From: the human T2T-CHM13v2.0 reference genome, Homo sapiens
DNA: 64,000 nt
Assembly (NCBI RefSeq): GCF_009914755.1
Contig: NC_060935.1
Reading direction: 5' to 3' (one strand)
Shown here: one piece after another, positions 1 to 12,370 of the stretch
Position numbering within the stretch: the stretch's first letter is position 1
How the letters are laid out: every line of letters starts with the position of its first letter
The notes under the pieces: generated by a model
The model's input: the letters and a program-made list of their open reading frames with translations, nothing else
What the model was told of the DNA's origin: nothing
Database searches by the model: none
Position numbers and translations under genes: made by a program

Positions 1-216
1 GTCTACCATCCACCCACCCACCTATCCACCCATCCACCCACCCATCCATCCACCCAACCATCCACCATCCATCCATCCATCCATCCATCCACCATCCATC
101 TACCATCCACCCTCCCATCCATCCACGCATCCACCCATCCATCCATCCATCCATCCACCATCCACCCACCATCCACCCATTTATCCATCCATTCTCCCTC
201 CCTCCATTCACCACCC
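1..216. repeat. (CCAT/CCAC)n simple repeat in a MUC2 intron
   Basis: Runs of CCATCCAT and CCACCCAT seen directly. Confidence 0.95.
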
Positions 217-630
217 ATTGGTCATATGATACTCTGTCTAGAAGCTCTGACATGACATCTTGGCCACCTCTGTGCTGCCCATGCCTCCTACCTGTGGTAG
301 CAGCCATGTGGATGATTCCTTAGCTAAATTCTGTACAAACCTGAGAGGCCTGAGTGGAGAATTTGCCACGTGCCAAGCCCCTGCTTGTCGATGCTGGTGA
401 GCAGGTAATGGCTTTGTGATATCAGTGAATGAGCAGCTACTGTCCTATCCCAGAACCTGCCTGGTGTGCTCAGAAGTGAGGAGGGACATGGTTTTCCCCC
501 AGGATCCCTCAGCACTCTGCTCAGGGTGGCTGTTTCTCCCCGCTGACCACAGCTGCAGCTCCGGGGCTGTGGTGAGGTGGGGCCTGCCTGGTGCCACCTG
601 TCCTCTCTACTCACCCTTCTTTCCCTGCAG

Positions 631-808
631 TTTGGGGAGCACTTCGAGTTCGACTGCAAGAACTGTGTCTGCCTGGAGGGTGGAAGTGGCATCATCTGCC
701 AACCCAAGAGGTGCAGCCAGAAGCCCGTTACCCACTGCGTGGAAGACGGCACCTACCTCGCCACGGAGGTCAACCCTGCCGACACCTGCTGCAACATTAC
801 CGTCTGCA
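631..808 (+). CDS. MUC2: MUC2 coding exon (FGEHFEFDCKNCVC...CCNITVC), VWC-like region
   Basis: ttccctgcAG acceptor and GTAAGG donor; Cys-rich translation matches the recalled MUC2 C-terminus; 178 nt, ends phase 1. Confidence 0.95.
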
Positions 809-1194
809 GTAAGGCCATCCCCTGGGGCCCATGCCACCTCTCAGGGGTGCACACATCCCTGTAGGCTGGGCTGCCTGCTGTCCCCTCCTTGGCAAGTGAG
901 GAAACAGCTGGCTTGGGGGCCTCTGCTGTGCCCCTTGAGAGGGCTTGGGAGGGGGCCGCTGGGCCCAGTCTAGGCATCCCTGCTGCAGGGCCTGACCTGG
1001 GTGGGGAGGGGACCCTTGGAGGTGCTGGAGGCCCGACCCTGTGCAGTGGCCCCGGGGGCTTTGCCTGGGAGGAGCCACCCTCACGGCCGCGTGCGCACCC
1101 TGTCTTCAGAGTGCAACACCAGCCTGTGCAGTGGCCCCGGGGGCTTGGCCTGGGAGGAGCCACCCTCACGGCCGCGTGCACACCCTGTCTTCAG

Positions 1195-1299
1195 AGTGCA
1201 ACACCAGCCTGTGCAAAGAGAAGCCCTCCGTGTGCCCGCTGGGATTCGAAGTGAAGAGCAAGATGGTGCCTGGAAGGTGCTGTCCTTTCTACTGGTGTG
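1195..1299 (+). CDS. MUC2: MUC2 coding exon (KCNTSLCKEKPSVCPLGFEVKSKMVPGRCCPFYWC)
   Basis: ctgtcttcAG at 1193-1194 and GTAAGC donor; only this downstream acceptor copy keeps the frame. Confidence 0.93.
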
Positions 1300-1548
1300 G
1301 TAAGCAGGGCTGGTGGGCAGGGCAGGGAGGAGGCTGCCGCCCGGGGTGGGGTGGCTGTAAGGGGGTTGGCTCCCTCCTGGGGGTCTCAGATTCTGGGGAC
1401 ACAGATGGCTGTACGCTTGGCTGATGCACCCACCCCAGCCCTGAGCGCTCGCTCCATCCACTGGGTGTGCACCGGGAGTGGGGGTCTGGCCAGGTGGCCG
1501 CCCCGGGGCAGTCTCCAACGAACGGCCTTCTCCGTTCTTTCTCCCAAG

Positions 1549-1589
1549 AGTCCAAGGGGGTGTGTGTTCACGGGAATGCTGAGTACCAG
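1549..1589 (+). CDS. MUC2: MUC2 coding exon (ESKGVCVHGNAEYQ)
   Basis: ttctcccaAG acceptor and GTGAGC donor; 41 nt, phase-consistent. Confidence 0.93.
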
Positions 1590-1717
1590 GTGAGCCCTGG
1601 GCTGGGTGAGAGGGAGGAGGGGAGGAGGTCGGCTGCAGCGTGGGGGTCCTGGCAGGCTGTTGGGCTGGCTGGGATGCTGGAGAGGCCCCTGCCTCATGTC
1701 TCTCCCTGTGCCCGAAG

Positions 1718-1840
1718 CCCGGTTCTTCAGTTTATTCCTCCAAGTGCCAGGACTGCGTGTGCACGGACAAGGTGGACAACAACACCCTGCTCAACGTCAT
1801 CGCCTGCACCCACGTGCCCTGCAACACCTCCTGCAGCCCT
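1718..1840 (+). CDS. MUC2: MUC2 coding exon (PGSSVYSSKCQDCVC...CNTSCSP)
   Basis: cccgaAG acceptor and GTAAGC donor; 123 nt, phase 0/0. Confidence 0.93.
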
Positions 1841-2092
1841 GTAAGCGGCCACCCTCCTCCTTCAGCCTGCCCTTTTCCCTCCTCCCAGACAAGCACCCGG
1901 GCCCATGTCTGCATCGTGACCCTTTCTTTCCTCCTTTCAACGCCAACCTGTCCCTGTCCCCACCTCTCCATCCTGACACCTGCCCAGCCTGGGGCCTCCT
2001 CCAGGTGGGGGGGTCTCGGCAGCCCTGCAGGCTTTGTGTGGTGTGGGGTACAGCCTGGGAGTTCAGTTGCAGTGGCGTGTCTATGTGCGCAG

Positions 2093-2191
2093 GGCTTCGA
2101 ACTCATGGAGGCCCCCGGGGAGTGCTGTAAGAAGTGTGAACAGACGCACTGTATCATCAAACGGCCCGACAACCAGCACGTCATCCTGAAG
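2093..2191 (+). CDS. MUC2: MUC2 coding exon (GFELMEAPGECCKKCEQTHCIIKRPDNQHVILK)
   Basis: gcgcAG acceptor and GTAGGT donor; 99 nt. Confidence 0.95.
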
Positions 2192-2309
2192 GTAGGTGTG
2201 CACTGCCGGCCCCGACGCGGCCGGGTTGCTTGAGCCCAGGGCAAGGCGCGGGCCACCCAGGATCCCCCAGCTGAGTCCTCCCAGTCCTGGGCGCAGCTGT
2301 GATGGGCGC

Positions 2310-2655
2310 CCTGGGGCTGCCATGACAAATGAGCAGGCGTCTTCAGGGCAGAAAGGGATTCTCCTGGTTCTGCGGCCCAGAAATCCATAGAGCAAAGGGC
2401 CTCAGGGCTGTGCTCCCTCGGAGGCGCTAGGCAAGGACCTTTCCCAGCCTCTGGTCACTCTAGGTGCCCCTTGGCTGTGACCACGAGGTTTCCTTCCCTG
2501 TGTCTGCCTCTCCTCTCCCTTTTAAGGATTTAGGCACCCCAAGCAGGATGATCTCATCTTAGGATCCTTCACTTAATGACACCTTCAAAGACCCCCTTTC
2601 CAAGGCAGGTCACATTCATAGATTCAGAGTTAGAACACAGACAGACCTTTGAGGG
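2310..2655 (-). mobile_element. MLT1-type (MaLR) LTR remnant in a MUC2 intron
   Basis: GGGCTGCCATGACAAAT...GATGATCTCATCTTAGGATCCTT...AAAGACCCCCTTTCCAA...GGTCACATTCA resembles antisense MLT1 consensus. Confidence 0.65.
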
Positions 2656-2825
2656 TTGTGTGGGCTCCAGGCTGGTGCCTGATGTGGGGCCCCGCCCATG
2701 TCACTTGTCCTGTGGCCCTGGGCCTCACCAGGAAGCCTCCCCGGCCAGGTGTCTCCAGGGTGTCTTCCTGGCCGGGCTGGGGCTGGGCCTGCTGCCCTCC
2801 CTCACCAGAGCTCCCTGCCCCACAG

Positions 2826-2954
2826 CCCGGGGACTTCAAGAGCGACCCGAAGAACAACTGCACATTCTTCAGCTGCGTGAAGATCCACAACCAGCTCATC
2901 TCGTCCGTCTCCAACATCACCTGCCCCAACTTTGATGCCAGCATTTGCATCCCG
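2826..2954 (+). CDS. MUC2: MUC2 coding exon (PGDFKSDPKNNCTFFSC...DASICIP)
   Basis: ccccacAG acceptor and GTGAGT donor; 129 nt. Confidence 0.95.
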
Positions 2955-3191
2955 GTGAGTTGGCCACCTGGGGCCTGGCTGTGTGTACTCTGCCGGGAGT
3001 GGGGGTGCCTGGTGTTCTGGGGGGCTGGGGCCCCAGTGCTGCGACAGTGACCTCGGGCCTGGTCTGAGCTGCCGCAGGAGGCTTTGCCTGGGGCTTTCTG
3101 CAGCAGCTACCCCCGCCCACGGCATCGTGGGAAGGTGCTCTCATCCCCAGGAATGTCCGGGGGTCCCGGGCTCATTCTCCTTTCCCTCTAG

Positions 3192-3231
3192 GGCTCCATC
3201 ACATTCATGCCCAATGGATGCTGCAAGACCT
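3192..3231 (+). CDS. MUC2: MUC2 coding exon (GSITFMPNGCCKT)
   Basis: ttccctctAG acceptor and GTGAGT donor; 40 nt. Confidence 0.93.
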
Positions 3232-3445
3232 GTGAGTACAGGGCACAGCCTGGGGGGTAGGCAGGGTGGGGGCACAAGGGCTGGTGCCCTCAGCCCCGCC
3301 TGGGGTGGCTGGAGGCTGGACAACGGCCTCTGGGTGGGCAGTGAGGGCTGGGGGCTGAGGCCGAGCCTGGGGAGGGGACGCAGCGAGGGAGAGCCTCCTC
3401 GAAGATGTGGAGGCCCTGCCCTGAGCCGCTGCCCGCTCTCCCCAG

Positions 3446-3572
3446 GCACCCCTCGCAATGAGACCAGGGTGCCCTGCTCCACCGTCCCCGTCACCACGGA
3501 GGTTTCGTACGCCGGCTGCACCAAGACCGTCCTCATGAATCATTGCTCCGGGTCCTGCGGGACATTTGTCAT
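3446..3572 (+). CDS. MUC2: MUC2 penultimate exon, start of cystine knot (CTPRNETRVPC...CSGSCGTFV)
   Basis: ctctccccAG acceptor and GTGAGT donor; CxGxC cystine-knot motif. Confidence 0.95.
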
Positions 3573-3680
3573 GTGAGTCCCAGGCTGGGAGTGTGCCTGG
3601 AGGGGGTGGTGGAGACCCCAGGGAGGCGAGAGGCCAGCGCTGGCCCCGGAAGGTCACCCCTCACTCCGCCCTCCCCCCAG

Positions 3681-3900
3681 GTACTCGGCCAAGGCCCAGG
3701 CCCTGGACCACAGCTGCTCCTGCTGCAAAGAGGAGAAAACCAGCCAGCGTGAGGTGGTCCTGAGCTGCCCCAATGGCGGCTCGCTGACACACACCTACAC
3801 CCACATCGAGAGCTGCCAGTGCCAGGACACCGTCTGCGGGCTCCCCACCGGCACCTCCCGCCGGGCCCGGCGCTCCCCTAGGCATCTGGGGAGCGGGTGA
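3681..3900 (+). CDS. MUC2: MUC2 last coding exon (YSAKAQALDHSCSCCKEE...CQCQDTVC...RRARRSPRHLGSG*)
   Basis: ccccccAG acceptor; CSCC and CQC knot motifs; TGA at 3898-3900. Confidence 0.96.
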
Positions 3901-4032
3901 GCGGGGTGGGCACAGCCCCCTTCACTGCCCTCGACAGCTTTACCTCCCCCGGACCCTCTGAGCCTCCTAAGCTCGGCTTCCTCTCTTCAGATATTTATTG
4001 TCTGAGTCTTTGTTCAGTCCTTGCTTTCCAAT

Positions 4033-4080
4033 AATAAACTCAGGGGGACATGCTGTACTGTGTGGTTTAGGTTGGTGCTG
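4033..4080 (+). terminator. MUC2: MUC2 polyadenylation signal with downstream GU-rich element
   Basis: AATAAA at 4033-4038 about 130 nt after the stop, followed by TGTACTGTGTGGTTTAGGTTGGTG. Confidence 0.85.
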
Positions 4081-4372
4081 CAGGGGTGCGGCTTGGCCAC
4101 TGTGCATGGCGGAGGCCACCAGGCTCTGCGTGCAGGACACGGGGGCACCACACACACGCCACGCGGTTGGCAAATCCCTTGTACCAAATGCAGAGGGGAC
4201 GTGGGGGCTGCCTGCCCTCCGCTCCCCATTCTCACCCTGGGCAAAACCCCCACGGGGCTGTCGAAATGTGGTCAGATTCCCTTGTAGGAATCCCCCGGCC
4301 CTGAATCTGTGAAAAGAGCCCTGGGTTCCTTCACAGCCATCTCACAGGCTTTCCACGGTTGGTGGGGCCTTT

Positions 4373-4403
4373 GTGTAGCCCCGAGGGTCAGGTGGCCCTG
4401 GGG

Positions 4404-4448
<45 letters not shown>

Positions 4449-5030
4449 CCCCGAGGGTCAGGTGGTACTGGGGAGAGTGTGTGCGTGTGTGTGTGTGTGT
4501 AGCCCCGAGGGTCAGGTGACCCTGGGGAGGTGATGTGTGTGTGTGTGTGTGTGTGTGTAGCCCCAAGGGTCAGGTGGCCCTGGGGAGGGTGTCTGTGTGT
4601 GTGTGTAGCCCCGAGGGTCAGGTGGCCCTGGGCAGAGGGTGTGTGTGTGTGTGTGTGAGTGCGTAGCCCCGGGGGTCGGGTGGCCCTGGGGAGGTGGTGT
4701 GTGTGTGTGTGCGTGTGTGCGTGCATGCACGTGTGAGAATTTGCTTTGCACACGTGTCTGCATGTGCCATGTGTATGTGATGTGTGTGCACGTGTGTGCG
4801 TGCATGTGCGTGTGAGCATTTGCTTGTGTGCACACGTGTCTGCATGTGCCATGTATGTGATGTGTGTGTGCACGTGTGTGTGTGCATGAGCGTGTGAGCA
4901 TTTGCTTGTGTGCACACGTGTCTGCATGTGCCGTGTGTATGTGATGTGTGTGCACGTGTGTGTGTGCATGAGCGTGCTAGCATTTGCTTGTGTGCACATG
5001 TGTCTGCATGTGCCATGTGTATGTGAGATG
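4373..5030. repeat. Compound VNTR: 6 units of GTAGCCCCGAGGGTCAGGTGGCCCTGGG..(TG)n, then about 4 units of an ~82-bp TG/CA-rich repeat
   Basis: Units start near 4376, 4445, 4500, 4557, 4605 and 4663; second array near 4738, 4816, 4898 and 4980. Confidence 0.9.
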
Positions 5031-5783
5031 CGCCTTGTCCTGGGTCTCTACACTGGGAAAATGGAGAAGGTCTTAGTCCTCAGGTCACTGTCAGCTCCTG
5101 CTGCCTAGTGACAAAAGGTGGCCAGGACCTGGTGGCCCCGTCAGGGCTTTGGGGAGCTGCCAGTCAGAGCCGCCAATACCTTCAAACCTGCAGAAGTTCT
5201 GGTTGGCTCTGCGGACCCAGCTGGACAAGGGGCACTGGCTGTGGACCCTGGGCACAGTGCCCACTCATGTTGGAGAGCTGAGCCCCTGACTTCTGGGTGG
5301 AGCCCATGGAGGCTGCTTGGCCCAGAGCAGGTGCCTGGTGTCTCCTGTCAAAGGCAGCAGGTGTGTGTGGGGAGGCCGAGGCCTCTAAGCACAGTGATCC
5401 AACCTCGAGCATCCTCTGAGGTCAAAGGGGAGGACATTTGTCCCCAGACTACAAGGCTGTGCCACACCCCTTACATGTGACGAAACCCTCAGGAGGGCAG
5501 ACACCTGGGCTGGGCTCCACACTTCCAAAGCCAGGGCACAACGGGTCCTCAGGGTGTGACAGGTCCTCAGGGCATGACGGATCCTCAGGTGTGATGGGTC
5601 CCCTGGGCGTGATGGGTCCTCAGGGTGCAACAGGTCCCACCTCCTGCTGTCCTGCCTCCCAAATAGTTGTACAGGCATGTGGCACCATGATTGGCTAATT
5701 TTTAAGAGCTTTTTGCTTTTTGTTCTTATCTTTCAAAACAATCCTTTGTTTTACTAAAGTAACAGGCACGTGATTTTTGCATA

Positions 5784-5912
5784 GTTTTGTTTGTTTTGCA
5801 GAGACAGGGTCTCACTATGTTGCCCAGGCTGGTCTCAAACTCCTTCCTGGGTTCAAGTGATCCTCCCACCTCAGCCACCCAAAGTACCAGGATTACAAGC
5901 ATGAGCCACTGA
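5784..5912 (-). mobile_element. FLAM / Alu left monomer
   Basis: GAGACAGGGTCTCACTATGTTGCCCAGGCTGGTCTCAAACTCC...GGATTACAAGCATGAGCCACTG. Confidence 0.85.
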
Positions 5913-6689
5913 TCTTGGCTCCTGGCAGGGGGCTGAGGCCACTGCCCTCCCCTAGCTGCCCTCCCCTAGCTGCCCTCTCCCCCATCTGACCCCAGGGAGG
6001 GCCGCGGTTGAGCAGCAACCCTGGGGTCTGAAGCCAGTTGGGACATCCCAGCTCATCAGCGCCACCCTGGGTCCTGGAACCCGCTCGGGCCTGGGGTCTT
6101 TCAACTGCCCCACTTGGCCCAGGACAGCCCCCCAAAGGACCTGCTCATCCCCTCTGGTGGCCCCAGGAGCCCACACTGTCTAGGCCTAGGGACCTCCTGG
6201 GCAGTCAGTTGGCCTGGGCCTGCCATGGAGCCCCTGAGGCCACCCTAGAGCCTCTGGCATAGCCACGTGGGGATTCTGGGTGCTTCAGAACTGGCCCTTC
6301 CATGAAGCTGTCAGCATGAACCCCAGAGCCATCCTTGGGTCATTTCGAGGGTGGCCTGTTTCTGGCCCACCCCCAAAACCTATCACATCTCTGCCTGGCT
6401 GTGACCCCTGGGCCCAGCAGTCCCTGCACAGGCCAGGAAATGGGCAGGGCGGGGTGGGGGCACTGCGGCCAGAGACCTGGTAAGGAAGAGGTGGTCAGGC
6501 TCCCTCCAGTTTCCTCATCTGTCTCCCAGCTTGCAGCTGCGAAGAGGGGCTTCCCCTGGTGATGCAGCGTGGACACGGGTACGGCTAGGCCCCTGCCTGC
6601 TCTTCCCTGCTGTGCCCTTTAAAGCAGAGGCTACCCGGGAAGCTCCAGGAGAGCATGAGCCCTGACCCCAGTCCTTCCCCAGACAGCCC

Positions 6690-6973
6690 TGCCCCTTCCC
6701 AGAGCAGGCCCCACCCCTTCCCTAGAGGAGGCCCCGCCCCTTCCCCAGAGCAGGCCCCACCCCTTCCCTAGAGGAGGCCCCGCCCCTTCCCCAGAGCAGG
6801 CCCCACCCCTTCCCTAGAGGAGGCCCCGCCCCTTCCCCAGAGCAGGCCCCACCCCTTCCCTAGAGGAGGCCCCACCCCTTCCCCAGAGCAGGCCCCACCC
6901 CTTCCCTAGAGGAGGCCCCGCCCCTTCCCCAGAGCAGGCCCCACCCCTTTCCTAGGACAGGCCCCGCCCCTTC
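6690..6973. repeat. 46-bp VNTR (dimer of two 23-bp variants), about 6 copies
   Basis: CCCCTTCCCCAGAGCAGGCCCCA alternates with CCCCTTCCCTAGAGGAGGCCCCG. Confidence 0.92.
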
Positions 6974-7509
6974 TGCCCACTCAGGATCTTCCTTTTGGGT
7001 TCTCTGTGTCCAGAACTCCAGTGCAGGTGTTGAGGGTGGGGAGGGAGCTGCCCCTTCAGGTGGAGGCAGGGTTGGTGCCAACGGAGGGGCAGGGAGACGC
7101 AGGGGCTCCCCCCAACCCCGTCCAGTCACGGTGCAGCCCCCGACTTTATCCCCAGTGCCCTCCTCTTCCTCGCATAACTCATGCCCCCAGCTGGGTCCTC
7201 CTGGGTCTCCCTAGGGGTGACTCGGGCCAGGGGCTACCTGTTTCCCCGGGCTCACCACAGTGGGCTAAGCCTACAGCAGAGGAGATAGGGAGCCCGCCAG
7301 CCAGGTGGGCAGCCGGCCACCCCCTCGGAGTAGCTGCACGGGTTGGGGTCAAGTTCTCGCATTCTCTGGAAGAAGCTGGCTGTTCTGTTCCCACGGCGGC
7401 CTCCCTGTTTCTGGGAGCAGACGGAAGGCCCCAGCGCGCACTCCTCCCTTCCGCCCAGGTGAGACTTGCTGTTGTTCCGTGGGCTGAAACAGGCCATGCG
7501 CCTGGCTGT

Positions 7510-8526
<1,017 letters not shown>

Positions 8527-8774
8527 TAGAAGGAAGCCGTCTTAACCTGTTTAGGAACATCTGCCCAGAAACTACAGCACACATCGAACCCCTCCGCTTG
8601 CTGGGACTTGAGAATCACTCCCACAGAAGCCAGCGGACACGGGAGATGTTGGCGATGGCTGTGCCTTCCCTCTATGGGGGTGCTGGAGGCTTCACCAAGT
8701 CCGTGAGACAAGAGCAAGAAGAAATGAAGACCAGCATTGGGAAACAAAACTGTCCTGATTTGTTTCATTTTAAC

Positions 8775-8902
8775 TTATTTTTTGTAGAGACAGGGTTTTG
8801 CTATGTTGCCCAGACTGGCCTTGAACTCCTGGGCTCAAGTGATCTGCCTGCCTTGACCTCCCAAAGTGCTGGGATTACAGGTGTAAGCCATTGTACCTGG
8901 CC
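8775..8902 (-). mobile_element. FLAM / Alu monomer
   Basis: GTAGAGACAGGGTTTTGCTATGTTGCCC...CCCAAAGTGCTGGGATTACAGG. Confidence 0.85.
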
Positions 8903-8944
8903 TTTATTTCATATAATGTGATTATCAAGATGTAAAAGCCAACT

Positions 8945-9307
<363 letters not shown>

Positions 9308-11105
9308 CTATTATTTGAACTAATGAGAGGGTTCAGTAATGTTGGAGACAAGGTTGATGAGGGAAAAAACAATAGCGTATGTTTACACCAGTAGAAACCA
9401 AGCTGAAATATAATAGAAAAATACTTCATTAACAGCAGCCTCAAAACCTACGAAGATACCTATGTAGAAAACGTCAGATGGAAGGTGTCCAGGCCACTAT
9501 AACATTGCAAAGGGCATAAAAGAAGACTTGACTGATGGAGACGTATGCCACGTTCATGAATGAAAAGTGTAAGTTTTGAAAAATGAGATTAATTTTAAAA
9601 AGTGAAAAACGAGGTCGATTCTCCGCAAACAGCCTTTCTCAATCCCAGCTGAGTTTTTCGTGGGATTTGGCCGGCTGGTCCAAAGGTCCACGTGGAAGGC
9701 CAGAGAGCCAAGCAGAGCTAAGTGAGTTTCAGAGAAGAATCACGTGGGACGCCTGCCTCTAAGACAGCGTGGCATTGGTGCCGGGATAGGCAAGTGGATG
9801 CCTGGAACAGCCCATGTGCTTACGATGATGCTTTGAGGTGGGTGGGTGCTCCACATCTACAAGGAAGGAGGGTTGTTCTCTGAGGGTGCTGGGCCGGGCT
9901 GTTCCCTGAGTGTGCTGGGCTGGGCTGTCCCCTGAGTGTGCTGGGCTGGGCTGTCCCCTGAGTGTGCTGGGCTGTCCCCTGAGTGTGCTAGGCCGGGGCT
10001 TCTCTACATGGGGAAAATTAGGTGCCTGTGTCACGCTCTAAACAAAAATAAAACACCAGGTAGATTAAACAACTCAGATGTGAAAAGCTAAACCTGAAAA
10101 CATTTAGAAGGAAAACAGGCATAATATTGATGACCTCAGGGTAGGAAAGGGTTTCTTAAGTCACTAAAGTCACAAGCCATCAAAGTAAAGAGAGACGCAT
10201 TTGACCACATTACATTTTAAAAACTGTGTTTGAAAAAAGACAACATAACTAAGTAAAAATACAAGCCAGGGAGTGGAAGGAGGTCATCTCTGTGCATCCG
10301 GCGCTGAGGCCGGAGTCCAGGAGATCTAGCGAACGTCATGGTCAGACAAGCAGCCCAGGGTTGAGGCGGGGGTCACACAGGAGGAGACGCGGACAGGCGG
10401 GGGTCACACAGGAGGAAACACGGACAACACAGGGAGTAGCCAGCAGGGAGGCTCGGCCACTGGGACCCCAGGAAGGGCGTGATAATCCTTGAGACCAGCT
10501 GAAGGTTCTCACACCTCCAGAGAGAACATGCTGGGGCGTTTAGGGGAGAGCGGTTGGTCAGGGCAGCCAAGCTGAGGACACAGTCCTGCTTCTGGGCACC
10601 CAGGGAGCTGCCCACCCGGGAGGATGGAGACTGGAAATGGCCTGCATGCTGGTCCACCAGGAACGGGCTGCTCCTCTGGGCATATTCATCCTCTGGATGG
10701 GGCCCAGCACTAAACCGGAACTGCCTGTCTTGACAAGGAGGCATCGCAAACCCAGCATTGAGCAGAAGGAATGAATCGCGGGTCTCTAATCCTGCACCCT
10801 GATGCTGTCCGTTTCTGTGAATGTGAAACAGGACCCTAATGCTGGACACTTACAAAAGTAGTAAAATTATAAAATATTTTGAGAGGCACTGGATTCAGGG
10901 TCACGGTTGCCTCTGGAGAGGGTTGGAGAGCAGGGAGGGGCACCCACTTCTGCCCGTGATGTTTATTCCTTGATGGAAAACACCTGAGCTAGAGTGGCAG
11001 GTCTGATATTAGTTACAGCTGACGGTGAGGAGGTAGTGGTCATGTCCATTCCATTACTCTGTTCTTCACAGGGTTTGAAATCATCCATAACAAAAAAGTC
11101 AGAGG

Positions 11106-11410
11106 GGCCGGGCACGGTGGCTCATGCCTGTAATCCCAGCACTTTGGGAGGCCGAAGCGGGTGGATCACCTGAGGCCAGGGGTTCGAGACCAGCCTGGCC
11201 AACATGGCAAAACCCCATCTCTACTAAAAATATAAAAATTAATTAGCTGGGCATGGTGGCACATGCCTGTAATCCCAGCTGCTCGGGAGGCTGAGGCAGA
11301 AGGATCACTTGAACCCAGGAGGCGGAGGCTGCAGTGAGCTGAGATTGCGCCACTGCTCTCCAGCTTTCATGACAGACTTTGTCTCCAAAAAAAAAAAAAG
11401 AAAAAAGAAA
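11106..11410 (+). mobile_element. Alu (AluS-type); a short Alu 5' fragment follows at about 11447-11517
   Basis: GGCCGGGCACGGTGGCTCATGCC...poly-A. Confidence 0.95.
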
Positions 11411-11942
11411 GATTTAGCACTATTCATTCATTTGAGGAAAAAAGTGGCCGGCGCTGTGGCTCACGCCTGTGATCCCAGCACTTTGGGAGGCTGAGGTGGG
11501 TAGATCATGAGGTCAGACCATGAGGTGGGATCAGAAGACCAATACCCCAGGGTTGGCTCCCTAAGACCAGCCTAAACTGGCAGCCCAGGGCTGAGGGCAC
11601 GGCCAGAGCTGGGGCCCTCGCCCACCCACCACCCACCTGCATGGGGAGGGGCCTTGGGGGTGACTGAGCGTGAGAGGGGCTGTGCGGAGGTGGCTGTGAT
11701 GGTCTCTGGTCCCGCCTCTGGGGCAGGTGGTGCTGACAGGGCAGGATTTGGGCAGCAGGAGTCAGGGGCTCCCAGGGAAGCCTGGAGAGGCTGAGCATGG
11801 GGTTGGACCTCAACAGGCACTTTTGGGAAATCTTGTTGGGGGCTGGGGCTGGTGGAGAAGAGTTGGGGTCCTCGTGGGAGGGCAAGGCAGGCCTGCTGGG
11901 GCTGGGTAGGGCTGGGGAGGGATGAGAAGGAAGAAGTGTTTC

Positions 11943-12370
11943 CTTTTGTTTTTTTAAATTATACTTTAAGTTTTAGGGTACATGTGCACAATGTGCAGGT
12001 TTGTTACCTATGTATAATGTGCCATGTTGGTGTGCTGCACCCATTAACTCGTCATTTGTATTAGGTGTTTCTCCTAATGCTATCCCTCCCCCCTCCCCCA
12101 CCCCACAACAGGCCCTGGTGTGTGATGTTCCCCTTCCTGTGTCCATGTGTTCTCATTGTTCAGTTCCCACCTATGAGTGAGAACATGCGGTGTTTGGTTT
12201 TTTCGTCCTTGCGATAGTTTGCTGAGAATGATGGTTTCCAGCTTCATCCATGTCCCTACAAAGGACATGAACTCATCATTTTTTTATGGCTGCATAGTAT
12301 TCCATGGTGTATATGTGCCACATTTTCTTAATCCAGTCTATCATTGTTGGACATTTGGGTTGGTTCCAAG
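11943..12370 (-). mobile_element. 5'-truncated L1PA (non-Ta, about L1PA3-4) 3' end with TSD AAGAAGTGTTTC
   Basis: TTATACTTTAAGTTTTAGGGTACATGTGCAC...TTGGTTCCAAG; direct repeats at 11931-11942 and 12371-12382. Confidence 0.93.
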
